Shown here: positions 37,659 through 47,811 of the stretch, one piece after another
Layout: every line of letters begins with the position of its first letter
How positions within the stretch are numbered: position 1 is the first letter of the stretch
Source: Bacteroidota bacterium
GTDB taxonomy: Bacteria; Bacteroidota; Bacteroidia; Bacteroidales; FEN-979
Assembly (NCBI GenBank): GCA_026391715.1
Contig: JAPLDO010000077.1
Location: 17,736 to 81,735, forward strand
Direction of reading: 5' to 3'
DNA: 64,000 nt
Notes under the pieces: generated by a model
Seen by the model: the letters and a program-made list of their open reading frames with translations, nothing else
Told to the model about the DNA's origin: nothing
Database searches by the model: none
Program-made: the position numbers and the translations under genes

Positions 37659-38660
37659 ATGAAAAAAACCCTTGGCATTTACATTTATCCCGAAACCTTG
37701 TTGCAGATCCAGGGACTGAAGCCGATCAAAGCCATTGCCGACTTCATCGACCTGAGAAACAACATTCACCAGGAGAGCACGATCCCCCTGACGCGGGTGG
37801 ATATCGGTGAGTTCCGGTCGGTTCATTCATCAACTTACCTTGACTCGCTGACTCGGCTTTCGCGGGGCGAAAAACCGGAAACAAGGACTGCATTAAGCAT
37901 GGAGTGCCTCGATTTATATGATTTCCTTCCCGGACATGAATATGGTCTGGGCGGAATTTATGCAGCCATCGACCTGATGAAAAAGGGAGTACTCGACAGG
38001 GCCTGGTGCTTCGCGCTTCCCGGGCATCATGCACATCCTGCGCTGGGGCATGGCTATTGCATGCTGAACACCCAGGCCGCCGGCGCCAGGTATGCACAAC
38101 AGAACGGGTTCAAAAATATCCTCATCATTGATTGGGATTTTCATCACGGCGATGGCACGCAAACAATCTTTGAAAACGATCCGACAGTTCATCAAATCAG
38201 CATTCACAACGCCGTTGACCTTTATATGAATAAAATGATGATGACCAATCGGGGACTAACTACCTATGGCTCCCGGGTGGGCCACTGCAACATCCCGTTG
38301 TTGAACCGGATCCTGGGCGAAGATTTTTATTTTCACTTTATGGGCGACGAATTTTCAGGGGAGCTGTACAATTCCGGCAATTGCATGGAAGCATACAAAT
38401 CTGCCCTGGAAAGCCTTCCATTCGCGCCCGACATGATCTTCATCTTCGATGGACATGATTCGCACATCGCTGATCTCGGAAGGGAGATAACCGACTGGAA
38501 AGATGATGATTTTAATTTCCTTGCCCAAACCGCACTCGACGTGGCAGGAAAATTCGGCTGTCCGGTAATTTCAAGTCCGGCCGGGGGATATAACACAACA
38601 ACTTTGCGGAGATTGACCGAGTTGCATCTGGCGATACTGGAAGATTACCAGCGCCAATAA
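37659..38660 (+). CDS. histone deacetylase-family (acetylpolyamine/acetoin-type) amidohydrolase
   Basis: Hallmark IIDWDFHHGDGTQ, PGHHA, and a C-terminal GGY. Confidence 0.85.
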   Translation: MKKTLGIYIYPETLLQIQGLKPIKAIADFIDLRNNIHQESTIPLTRVDIGEFRSVHSSTYLDSLTRLSRGEKPETRTALSMECLDLYDFLPGHEYGLGGIYAAIDLMKKGVLDRAWCFALPGHHAHPALGHGYCMLNTQAAGARYAQQNGFKNILIIDWDFHHGDGTQTIFENDPTVHQISIHNAVDLYMNKMMMTNRGLTTYGSRVGHCNIPLLNRILGEDFYFHFMGDEFSGELYNSGNCMEAYKSALESLPFAPDMIFIFDGHDSHIADLGREITDWKDDDFNFLAQTALDVAGKFGCPVISSPAGGYNTTTLRRLTELHLAILEDYQRQ

Positions 38661-38713
38661 TTTTTTGCCCGGTTTTCCGGGGATAATTACACAAACCAAT
38701 AAGGAATCAAAAC

Positions 38714-39391
38714 ATGGAACTTTCACGGGAATTTATCGAAAATTCAATCGTTTATAATGGTTTTTTGGATCAAAGAAATGGTTTTGATCAGGAAACGATT
38801 GACGAGATCATCACAATTACACTGAAAGAAACTAACGACCATGAGCATTTTATCCTGTTGATTAAAAAAATTAAATCGTTCCGTTATCAGGAAGCGAGAC
38901 AACACTTTTTTTTTAATGGAGGCCAATACCCCGGCGAATTTTACCCACTGAGATTCGTTATTAAAAGCCTCCTGAAAGGATTAATTGCAACATCTTCTAT
39001 TTCCCGCCTTTCGGAGATAACTGATTCCAAAATTCGCTGGCAGAAATACGATGACCAACAGGATCGTAATGATCCCCAAGGACATCACAACCTTGTTTAC
39101 CGGGAATTTAAAAAGGTGGTAACCCTCGAGGATCTTGAAAAGTTCAATAATTTTTTCCAAAACTACATTCTGGATCTGGTTTTCGGGTTTGCTGAAATTT
39201 TTATCCGGAGGTGGCGCTACACCATTGATTATCTACGTGTTGACAAACAGTTTGAGGAGGCTTATGCGAAAGGGGCCATCAACCTTGAAAAATTCGAAAA
39301 GGATTTGGAGGAGGCAAAGGCTTTCATCCCCGGGCCATCCGACCTTGTTCCATGCGATGACAAACCTGCTCATTTGACCGACAACCTATGA
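38714..39391 (+). CDS. hypothetical protein
   Basis: 225-aa ORF with no recognisable motif. Its stop overlaps the next start (ATGA at 39388). Confidence 0.45.
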   Translation: MELSREFIENSIVYNGFLDQRNGFDQETIDEIITITLKETNDHEHFILLIKKIKSFRYQEARQHFFFNGGQYPGEFYPLRFVIKSLLKGLIATSSISRLSEITDSKIRWQKYDDQQDRNDPQGHHNLVYREFKKVVTLEDLEKFNNFFQNYILDLVFGFAEIFIRRWRYTIDYLRVDKQFEEAYAKGAINLEKFEKDLEEAKAFIPGPSDLVPCDDKPAHLTDNL

Positions 39392-39852
39392 AAACAACGA
39401 ATAGATACCTTTTCCATCTTTGCGTCCTTTTATTTTTTTATGGATGCGCTCCCGATGGTTTTTCACAGGAATTTCTTCCAAAATTTAAAAAACTTCAGAT
39501 TATCCAACAGGATACCAGTAACTTCTATTTTCGTGAGGTTTGGATACAGTCGAAAGATGTAAACCAGGATAACGCCATCGGATTTACCAACAGGGCAATC
39601 GAAAAAGTACAACTTGGATATTTCCATGACGCCTTGCTGGATATAGATAAATCAATTGCCATTGATTCAACGATATCCTATAATTATACCTTAAAAGGAT
39701 ATTTGAAATTCCGGGAAGATTCAGCCCTCATCGCTTTGAGGTTTATCGAAAATGCCATTGCCCTCGATGATACGAGCTTTCTGAATTTATATTTTCTTGG
39801 CGAAATATATATGAAAACCAATAAATTGGCACAAGCTGACTCATCTTTCTGA
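39388..39852 (+). CDS. TPR-repeat lipoprotein, probably truncated by a frameshift (the reading continues in another frame to 40070)
   Basis: Lipobox-like LLFFYGC and TPR-like repeats. The frame starting at 39852 encodes further TPR-like sequence (NKAIERDSNFALAYFFRGYL...EDWKKAVDLD). Confidence 0.55.
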   Translation: MKTTNRYLFHLCVLLFFYGCAPDGFSQEFLPKFKKLQIIQQDTSNFYFREVWIQSKDVNQDNAIGFTNRAIEKVQLGYFHDALLDIDKSIAIDSTISYNYTLKGYLKFREDSALIALRFIENAIALDDTSFLNLYFLGEIYMKTNKLAQADSSF

Positions 39853-40068
39853 ATAAAGCAATTGAGCGCGATTCAAATTTCGCGCTTGCCTATTTTTTCA
39901 GGGGATATCTGAAAGCCGTTCTCAGAAGTACATTTAACCCAATGTTGGAAGACTGGAAAAAAGCCGTCGATCTGGATTCAACAAAGATAATGTATCCAAT
40001 ATCATATGCACTGTTAAATATCTATTTAAAAAGGTATTCTGAAGGAATGTATATTCCTTTTCATGTTT

Positions 40069-40220
40069 GAGTCCACTCCGAAAAGTAGTTGGAAAAATAA
40101 GAATTTGTCTAAAACCCGGAATGTCAGCAACTTGAATTGCCACTACCTTAAGGTAGTGGCAATTGATAAACAGAGTTACTGGACTTTAGTCCAAACTGCT
40201 TCCTTTTCGGAGTAGGCTCC
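40069..40220 (+). repeat. dyad-symmetric MITE-like element, copy 1 (full length)
   Basis: Termini gagtccactccgaaaag / cttttcggagtaggctcc. Central 26-nt perfect palindrome ttgccactaccttaaggtagtggcaa at 40137-40162. Confidence 0.7.
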
Positions 40221-40308
40221 TGGTTGGATTTTATTAAACGTTGAAGAAATTTTCCAGCTTGAGGAATCTGACGTCTGATAAGACATCTTCTCTGGATTGT
40301 GTGCTACT

Positions 40309-40800
40309 TTAGGAATTATTCAGGTTAAACTGCTTTTTCAGTATTTGCTCCAGTTGTTCTGCCTTTTGTGTTCCGATACAAAATTTCCTTCCATTTTTCA
40401 ATTCAATTGCAAGTCCCATTTTGCCTTTTGTATTATAAACAGTTCCATATTTTGTACCAATACGAATTCCCCATCCGCCTACGAATCCATAATTCACGAT
40501 TTTTGCGCTTTTAATATCCCTCCATCTTGTTTTTTTATTTGTAAACGGGAAAAAGCTCATCCGTATTTCGTGTTGGTCAATCTCTGTTTTCAGTCGCATC
40601 AGATAGAACAAAGCCAGTAATGCAAAGATGAAGATCGCCATTATAATCAACCCGAAATCAGGCATTGGTTTGTCGCCAAATTTCTCTCCTAGGATCAACT
40701 GCTTATAAATCCCATAAACTGGCAATAATCCTATTATGATTAGTATCAGCCATAACCACCATTGGGTAAATTTTTGATCCTCTTTAAATTCGACTTTCAT
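40309..40800 (-). CDS. hypothetical membrane protein (two N-terminal TM helices plus a small soluble domain)
   Basis: 163-aa ORF with hydrophobic segments WWLWLILIIIGLLPVYGIY and GLIIMAIFIFALLALFYL. Confidence 0.5.
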   Translation of the reverse strand: MKVEFKEDQKFTQWWLWLILIIIGLLPVYGIYKQLILGEKFGDKPMPDFGLIIMAIFIFALLALFYLMRLKTEIDQHEIRMSFFPFTNKKTRWRDIKSAKIVNYGFVGGWGIRIGTKYGTVYNTKGKMGLAIELKNGRKFCIGTQKAEQLEQILKKQFNLNNS

Positions 40801-41052
40801 AATATTCGTTTTTATCCGTCAAGGGTTGATGGTTTCTTTATTTTCCTGAAAGAAACAACACCGAATCATAAATGTAAAGGTACAGAATCCGTGCAAGTCA
40901 TCATGAAATATTATATCCCATCAGTATATCGGCAATTATCTGGCATATCAAACAACCAGAGTGACGATCCTCTTGGCGCTCACCCAAAGTGTTTTTCCAA
41001 CTGGAACCAGGCGTTTATTTTGAGAAATGGTTAATGCTTGTTATATGAGAGT

Positions 41053-43449
41053 TTATACAGGGAAATACTTGTTTATTAATCCAATCAGATCATTCTTGAT
41101 AATTGGTTTTGAGATATAATCATTACAACCTGCTTCAATTGCTTTGGCTTTGTCGCCTGCCATCGCATAAGCGGTTTGAGCAAGTATTACCACATTGTTA
41201 TTAGTTTGTCGAATCTGACGGGTGAGCTCAAGCCCATCAATTCCCGGGATTCTTATATCCATCATAATTAAGTCAATATCAGGATTTGCTCTAAAAGTTT
41301 CTATCGCTTCAATTCCAGTAGATGCCAGTAGAATTTCTTTTCCGAATGGTTTAAGCCCTGCTTTCAGGAGATATTGCGAATCCTGGTCATCATCCACTAC
41401 CAATATTTTCAGGCTGTTAATCCGGGCGGGCATTCCCGGTTGCAACTGAATTTCTTTATTGATACTTTTAGCCTGTTTACCGGTATTATAAGGAATAGTG
41501 AAATAAAATGCTGAACCTTCCCCTTCACCACTCTCAACCCAAATTTTCCCACCAAGCATTTCCACATAGGCTTTGGCAATAGACAAGCCCAGTCCGGCGC
41601 CTTCATAAGCGCTTATATCTGCAACATCAGCCTGAACAAACCGGTTAAAAACAGCCTCCTGACGGTTCTTTGGAATGCCAATGCCGGTATCTTTCACGAA
41701 AAACTCAAGATATTCGCCCTTTTTCTCATAACCAAATACTATTGAGCCCCGTTTCGTGTATTTTATTGCATTTTTAACAAGATTGGTCAGTATCGCAAAT
41801 AGTTTTTCCCGGTCTGTTGTAATTATGGATTCTTTTGATTGCAGGGAATATTTAATAGAAAGGGCTAATCCTTTTTTCTCTGTTTCCGGTTTGAAGAAGT
41901 AAAAAAGGTATTCGATTTGTTCGTTAATGTTCGACTCTTTAACCACAACGGCAACCTGCCCTGCTTCAATTTTAGAAATATCAATAAGGTCCGTAATAAT
42001 ATTTAGCATCCGCTTGCCACTCCTTTGAATTATCCGAATGTACTCCTGCTGTTCTTTACCGGTAAGTTGAGGCTCCTTCAAAAGTTCTGAAAACCCCAAA
42101 ATGCCATTCATCGGAGTTCTGATTTCATGGCTCATATTGGTAAGGAACGCGGACTTCAGACGGTCGCTTTCCTCGGCTTTTTCTTTGGCTTTGATAAGTT
42201 CAAATTCTATTTTCTTTAGCTCCGTGATATCTATTTGCACTCCCTTTAATGCAACGAGTTCACCTTCTTTTACAATCGGAGCTATATTGATTTGGCACCA
42301 CTTTTCATTGCCGTTCGGAAAGAGCATTCGCACTTCAATATTGGTTGGTTTTTTGACCCTGGAAATAGTTTCAAAAGTTTCATCAATGATATGCAAATCA
42401 TCAGGATGAACCCTGCTTTTGAAATATTCGAAAGTTGGTTCTATCTCATAAGGTTTCAATCCATAAATGTTATAATTATTTTCTGACCATTTTACCTTTT
42501 GATTAATAAAATCCAACTCCCAACTGCCCATCATTGCAATTTCCTGAGCCTGTTTTAAAGCAGATTCGCTTTCCTTCAATGATTCCTGAGCCTGTTGGCG
42601 TGTGGTCACATCAATAAAAAACCCTACGCTGGATTTTCGTCCGTCGAGGACAATTGGAGCCCCGGCTATGTCGGCATAGAAAACGGTTCCGTCTTTTCTC
42701 AGGCAGAGCTGGGCAAATGATATGGGTTTCTCACCCCGCATTTGTAAATCAAACTCCGACATTACCGAATCGAGTGATTCCTTTGGAACCAAATTTTCAA
42801 TGCTGAGTTGCTGAAACTCTTCATCGGTATAGCCGAACAGTTTGCAGATGGCTGGATTGGAAAACAAAAGCCGATGGGTTTCGATATCGGTGGCCAGAAT
42901 GCCATAAGAACTTCCGTTAAAAAGCACGCGGTACCTTTCTTCCGATTCTGCCAGGGCTTGTTCAACCATTTTCAGTTCGGTGATATCGGCAAATGACGCT
43001 ATTATTTTTCGATTGCTTAACATTGTGACGGACATCATTGAATGCCTTATTTCACCATTTTTTCGGTAGAGGGTACACTCGTATTTGTCAGGGGCGTCCT
43101 TTGGATTTATCATTCTGCGGCGGTTATATTCTTTTAACCGTTCAATGTCCTGGGGTGGAATTCGCTTAGTCCAACTCATACCAACTACTTCCTCCTTCGC
43201 GTAGCCACTTTGTTTACAATACTCCTGATTGACCATTGAAATCGTAGTATCGGGTTCAATAAGAGCCATTGCAGCCGAGTTGTTCTCAAAGATTGACCGA
43301 AAGTTTTCCTCGCTAACCATTAAAGAGTCTTCATGAGGATTGCCCGATGAGATATCTTGTCCCTTTGAACCTTTTAACGCTTCAATCTCTATACGTAATT
43401 TCTGAAGTTCCTCTATAAGTTCTTCCTTTGTTTTGTATTTATCCTTCAT
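41053..43449 (-). CDS. PAS-domain hybrid sensor histidine kinase / response regulator
   Basis: Multiple PAS repeats, H-box MSHEIRTPMNGILG, N and G boxes (LVKNAIKYT, DTGIGIP, GAGLGLSI), and a C-terminal receiver (ILVVDDD...DLIMMDIRIPGIDG). The ORF track start is 43581; Met at 43449 (MKDKYKTKEEL) is more plausible. Confidence 0.9.
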   Translation of the reverse strand: MKDKYKTKEELIEELQKLRIEIEALKGSKGQDISSGNPHEDSLMVSEENFRSIFENNSAAMALIEPDTTISMVNQEYCKQSGYAKEEVVGMSWTKRIPPQDIERLKEYNRRRMINPKDAPDKYECTLYRKNGEIRHSMMSVTMLSNRKIIASFADITELKMVEQALAESEERYRVLFNGSSYGILATDIETHRLLFSNPAICKLFGYTDEEFQQLSIENLVPKESLDSVMSEFDLQMRGEKPISFAQLCLRKDGTVFYADIAGAPIVLDGRKSSVGFFIDVTTRQQAQESLKESESALKQAQEIAMMGSWELDFINQKVKWSENNYNIYGLKPYEIEPTFEYFKSRVHPDDLHIIDETFETISRVKKPTNIEVRMLFPNGNEKWCQINIAPIVKEGELVALKGVQIDITELKKIEFELIKAKEKAEESDRLKSAFLTNMSHEIRTPMNGILGFSELLKEPQLTGKEQQEYIRIIQRSGKRMLNIITDLIDISKIEAGQVAVVVKESNINEQIEYLFYFFKPETEKKGLALSIKYSLQSKESIITTDREKLFAILTNLVKNAIKYTKRGSIVFGYEKKGEYLEFFVKDTGIGIPKNRQEAVFNRFVQADVADISAYEGAGLGLSIAKAYVEMLGGKIWVESGEGEGSAFYFTIPYNTGKQAKSINKEIQLQPGMPARINSLKILVVDDDQDSQYLLKAGLKPFGKEILLASTGIEAIETFRANPDIDLIMMDIRIPGIDGLELTRQIRQTNNNVVILAQTAYAMAGDKAKAIEAGCNDYISKPIIKNDLIGLINKYFPV

Positions 43450-43810
43450 GATACTTTCAATTTCAAAATGTAAAAGTACATGCGAAAAACTACTCAACCA
43501 AATTCTTTTACCATATTGGTTTAGAAGGTTTGAATTTATTACGGATAATCCTTTCGAAGAAAACACTTTTGCCGCATTCAACCCACTGGGCTTGTGCCAA
43601 ACCGGATTTTATCAATACCTTTGTTTTGTTGCATGTCCATTGATTTTTTGTTTAGTAATTTGTTTGTTAACTACTGCTAATTTAAACAATTACAATGGTT
43701 CATGCAGCACATTTTTTGCAGTTTTTGCACATTTATCATTCCTGATTATCAGAATGTAACGAAGTCCGAATTAATAGTAAAGCCGGTAAAATTTGCTGAA
43801 AAAGAAACGC

Positions 43811-44659
43811 ATGAATATCCAATTATACCGACCGCAAAACATCATTCTTCAAAACTTTATAGAATATTTCTATACTTTAAGCCGACATGCAAATGAGGAA
43901 GCGATTACCTATTTAACCTTTCCCAATATTTATTCTATGGTTTCCATTAGTCAAAACGCAACAATCAGCAGCGCCGGTAATAAAGTGACTGTTCAGTTTA
44001 GCGCGAATAATCCAATGGAAACAGGACTTGCAGTTAGATATAAACAACCGTTGCTGATTGAATATATCGGCGCAGCTACGGAAATCACCATCGCCTTTAA
44101 GCCGTTGGGTCTTAATGCATTTCTATCTCATCCGATAAGCCATTACGCCAAACATGAAATTATCGAAGATGTATTTATTCCCTTTGATGATTTCCTTGAA
44201 AGGATGAAAGCGATCATGGCGATACAAAAAGATGAAGAAAAAATTGCCGCAATGGAAGCATACTGGATAAGTAAGCTCACTGGGGTTAAACATCCGTTTT
44301 TGTATCAGGCGCTCAATGACATGTTACTTCCCAATCATGAAGAGATGTCAATAGCGGAAATTGCAAGGAAAAATAAGATTTCACAAAAAACCCTGATAAA
44401 GCATTTTGAGCGGCACATTGGCAAAAAGCCTTCTGATTTCAGGAAAATAGTCAGATTCAGGAATGCTTTGAAACAAAAAACCTGGGAAAGCAGCGAGGAC
44501 AATCTAACCGACATTACCTACATTTCCCAGTATTTCGATCAATCGCACATGATTAAGGATTTTAAAGTTCTTACCGGATATACGCCGAAAAAATTTTTCA
44601 AAAAACTGAGTTCCAGCCATGACGGAAAAATAACCTGGATATTTCCCGGCGAAGGTTAA
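43811..44659 (+). CDS. AraC-family transcriptional regulator
   Basis: C-terminal double HTH (IAEIARKNKISQKTLIKHFERHIGKKPSDFRKIVRFRNAL ... LTDITYISQYFDQSHMIKDFK). ATG at 43811 lies within the listed ORF 43793..44659. Confidence 0.85.
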   Translation: MNIQLYRPQNIILQNFIEYFYTLSRHANEEAITYLTFPNIYSMVSISQNATISSAGNKVTVQFSANNPMETGLAVRYKQPLLIEYIGAATEITIAFKPLGLNAFLSHPISHYAKHEIIEDVFIPFDDFLERMKAIMAIQKDEEKIAAMEAYWISKLTGVKHPFLYQALNDMLLPNHEEMSIAEIARKNKISQKTLIKHFERHIGKKPSDFRKIVRFRNALKQKTWESSEDNLTDITYISQYFDQSHMIKDFKVLTGYTPKKFFKKLSSSHDGKITWIFPGEG

Positions 44660-44732
44660 ATTTTTACAATTTCCTCAATATGACGATCTGTAATTTTGCA
44701 TCGCGAAATTGCACCATTTCACCATATTAATT

Positions 44733-47030
44733 ATGAAAAAACTATCCATCTTCCTGCTCATTTGTCTTCTATGCGCTCCCGCTTTTGCCTCTGTTGATAC
44801 TTTGAGGTACTACACCCCCGGAACGCCAAGCCTCTATTTTCAAACCTATCCGGTTCAGATTGCGCGGTTCAATCTTCCGCAACCGGGGAACATCCTTTCC
44901 TTTATTGTCACATTGGGTGGCGATAATCCTGCCGGTTCGGCAACATTACATCTGTACGGGCATGAAGGCGGAAATATTATCCCGGAACAAAAACTCGATA
45001 TGACTACGCCCATAACGCTACAAAAGAGCATTGCCGGCGATGAAAATATTCTCGCGACTGTATCCGCGCCTGTTCATGTTGATAATAATCAGTTCTTTGT
45101 TTGGATAGACAATTTTCAGAACGGCGCCAAACTGGCTTCCGATAATGTTGTCTACCCGGCTTTCTGTCTTGCCGGATCGTCAGGTGGAGATTTCTACTTA
45201 GAATATCTGCAAACTGCTTCCGGCTCCTCATCCTTTAAAACTAACGCCTTCAAAATAGATGTAATTATTGATTACGAAACGCTTCCTTCTCCATCCTGGT
45301 TTGAAGATTATACCGTGGCAAGTGGAATTTTATCCGACGCATATTCCAACCGGGGCGCCTCTGTGGGCGATTTCAATAACGACGGATGGGATGATTTTAT
45401 CCGCAGGAATCTCCTTTACAAAAACGATCATGGCGCCTTTGTGGATATTACCGCTTCCGCCGGAATATATGGAAATCCTTATGCCAGCGCTTTTGCCGAT
45501 ATGAACAACGACGGACTTCTTGACATTGTTTATGTTTTGATAGATTCCATAATTATCTTCAGGAACAATGGCGATGAAACTTTTACGCCTTTCACTGCCG
45601 CCACCTCCAACGCAAGTTACGGATACGACGGCACACAAACATTCAGCGTTGCAGATATCAACAATGACAAGTATCCTGACCTTTTTATCGGGCGATTGTG
45701 GAAAACTTACCCAACGCCACTTCCGAATTACCTTTACCTTAACAATCATGATTTCACCTTATCCGACGTCACATCAACATTATATCCGGTTCCGAGCCAG
45801 AACCTGCGTCGCACCAGAGCTTCACAGTTTGTTGATTACAACGACGACGGGCTGGTTGATCTCTTCGTAACCAATTATTACCTCGAACGCGATGAATTCT
45901 GGCAGAATACCGGAAATGCAACCTTTACCAACATTATTGCCGCCAAAGGAATTGATAGCAACGCTACCGGGTCAAATCATGGAACCGGCGTTGCCTGGGC
46001 AGATTATGATAACGACGGCGATATGGATTTGCTGCTGCCGCAGTTTGCCCATCCGGCTTATGCTGTTTTATATGACCACAGAGGCACTACCATCTATCAA
46101 AGCGACGGTGCGCCAGATTATAATTTTACCGACCTTATTGGCGCCCCCTCGCTTGACGACGACATTGAATTTGAGGAGACCCATGCCGGGGCAGTTTTTG
46201 GCGACGTCAATAACGACGGACTTCTCGACTTTTACATCACGAACTTTTACAATTGCCGGTATTCCGATTTTTATATCCAGAAGCCGGATCACAAATTCGA
46301 ACTTAAAACCCAATATTGCCTGCCGAGCCAATACTACAATACCGGAGAAGACGCTTTAATGTTTGATTATAATAATGATGGCAAACTGGATCTCGTAACG
46401 GGTCAGTTCAACAAGTTTTTCACAATGTTTAAAAATAACTGCCCTGGAAATAATAATTACCTGAAGTTGCTCCTTCGATCAACCAGCGGGAATAGTTACG
46501 CACTCGGCGGACGCGCTACAGTTTATGCCGGAGGTGAGCGCTTTACCAGGGAAGTTTATACCGGCAGAGGCGCTCGGATGGGCGATCCATATACGCTGCA
46601 CTTTGGACTTGGCGCTTCCGCTTTTATTGATTCTGTAGTTGTAAAATGGCCGGTTAGCCCGCCGGTTTATGAAACCTTTAAAGGTTTGAATGTGAATAAT
46701 GCCTACACTCTTACTGAAGGAGGTCAGATAATAATTACCGGGCAGCGTGAAAAAGAAACGGCAGGTACATTTAACGTATATCCTAATCCTGCAAAAGATC
46801 AGATCACTATTTCAGCATATTTCAATAAAGCCTCTGAAATCGAATTGACTATCAGGGAAATTACAGGCTCCGGCAATGTGAAAATTCTTCCGGCAACAAA
46901 GGTTGAAGCAGGTTCATTTTCCTATAAAATAACCGAACAAAATCTCTCCGGATTATCCTCTGGCGTTTATCTAATATGTTTGAAAACCGATGGTTTTGAG
47001 CAGGTTAAGAAGTTGGTGATGATCAGATAA
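44733..47030 (+). CDS. FG-GAP/VCBS-repeat, ASPIC-UnbV-like protein with a T9SS C-terminal sorting domain
   Basis: Signal peptide. Seven DxNxDGxxD-type repeats (FNNDGWDDF, MNNDGLLDIV, YNDDGLVDLF, YDNDGDMDLL ...). UnbV-like GGRATVYAGGERFTREV. C-terminal YPNPAKDQITIS...GVYLICLK. Confidence 0.8.
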   Translation: MKKLSIFLLICLLCAPAFASVDTLRYYTPGTPSLYFQTYPVQIARFNLPQPGNILSFIVTLGGDNPAGSATLHLYGHEGGNIIPEQKLDMTTPITLQKSIAGDENILATVSAPVHVDNNQFFVWIDNFQNGAKLASDNVVYPAFCLAGSSGGDFYLEYLQTASGSSSFKTNAFKIDVIIDYETLPSPSWFEDYTVASGILSDAYSNRGASVGDFNNDGWDDFIRRNLLYKNDHGAFVDITASAGIYGNPYASAFADMNNDGLLDIVYVLIDSIIIFRNNGDETFTPFTAATSNASYGYDGTQTFSVADINNDKYPDLFIGRLWKTYPTPLPNYLYLNNHDFTLSDVTSTLYPVPSQNLRRTRASQFVDYNDDGLVDLFVTNYYLERDEFWQNTGNATFTNIIAAKGIDSNATGSNHGTGVAWADYDNDGDMDLLLPQFAHPAYAVLYDHRGTTIYQSDGAPDYNFTDLIGAPSLDDDIEFEETHAGAVFGDVNNDGLLDFYITNFYNCRYSDFYIQKPDHKFELKTQYCLPSQYYNTGEDALMFDYNNDGKLDLVTGQFNKFFTMFKNNCPGNNNYLKLLLRSTSGNSYALGGRATVYAGGERFTREVYTGRGARMGDPYTLHFGLGASAFIDSVVVKWPVSPPVYETFKGLNVNNAYTLTEGGQIIITGQREKETAGTFNVYPNPAKDQITISAYFNKASEIELTIREITGSGNVKILPATKVEAGSFSYKITEQNLSGLSSGVYLICLKTDGFEQVKKLVMIR

Positions 47031-47110
47031 ATTTGTAAAGTTGAAATAATCGGCGCTCCCTGCATTTTTCTCGAAACCCGTATTATCTTTGCAGGATAAT
47101 AGCGAAATTT

Positions 47111-47734
47111 ATGCAGAATCTCTCTTTTCAACATTATTTGCTTGGACTCTTTGCTGTTGCCAACAACATTCCCGCCATTCCCCTTTATTTGTTGTTAATT
47201 GACGGACTTACGCGAAAAGAACAGAATAAACTCTGTTTGATCGCTACAATTGCTTCCTTTATTACCATGGTAGTTTCTATGGTAACCGGGATGGGGATTC
47301 TGGCTTTTTTCGATATCAGCGTTAATGCTTTCCGAATTGCCGGCGGACTTCTTTTACTGGGAACCGGCTTCAAAATGATGGATTCCGTTGAGAAATCCAT
47401 TGAGAGCGCCGGAGAACGAACATTGGCAAAGAAAATTTCCACCGCCATTGTTCCCATTGCTATTCCTTTGACAACCGGCGCCGGAACAATGTCAACAATC
47501 ATCCTCTTCTCCCAGGATATTCATAGTTTTCCTTACCTGGAACTGAAACTTTTTCTTGCAATCGTTGCAATGACGATGATAATCTACTTCACTTTCAGGT
47601 ATTCACCCAAAATCGTACAACTGCTGGGTCCAACGGGCATGGATGTTCTGACCAAAATTTTCGGTCTGATTACCCTTGCCCTTGGCGTACAATTCATTTT
47701 GACAGGCATCAGCGGAGCCTTTCCCGGAATATAA
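47111..47734 (+). CDS. MarC-family (UPF0056) integral membrane protein
   Basis: 207 aa with six hydrophobic helices and family-like segments (FAVANNIPAIPLYL, GGLLLLGTGFKMM). Confidence 0.75.
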   Translation: MQNLSFQHYLLGLFAVANNIPAIPLYLLLIDGLTRKEQNKLCLIATIASFITMVVSMVTGMGILAFFDISVNAFRIAGGLLLLGTGFKMMDSVEKSIESAGERTLAKKISTAIVPIAIPLTTGAGTMSTIILFSQDIHSFPYLELKLFLAIVAMTMIIYFTFRYSPKIVQLLGPTGMDVLTKIFGLITLALGVQFILTGISGAFPGI

Positions 47735-47811
47735 GCAGGAATGAAATATTTTACCCATTTTATCCTTTCCGATATTTATCTTTGCGGGAAACACTCCAAA
47801 TATTTCAGATT

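Noticed and set aside
39934-40143. 69-aa minus-strand ORF overlapping the end of the TPR region and the dyad element
   Set aside because: It runs antisense to TPR-like coding sequence and into the palindromic element, with no support.
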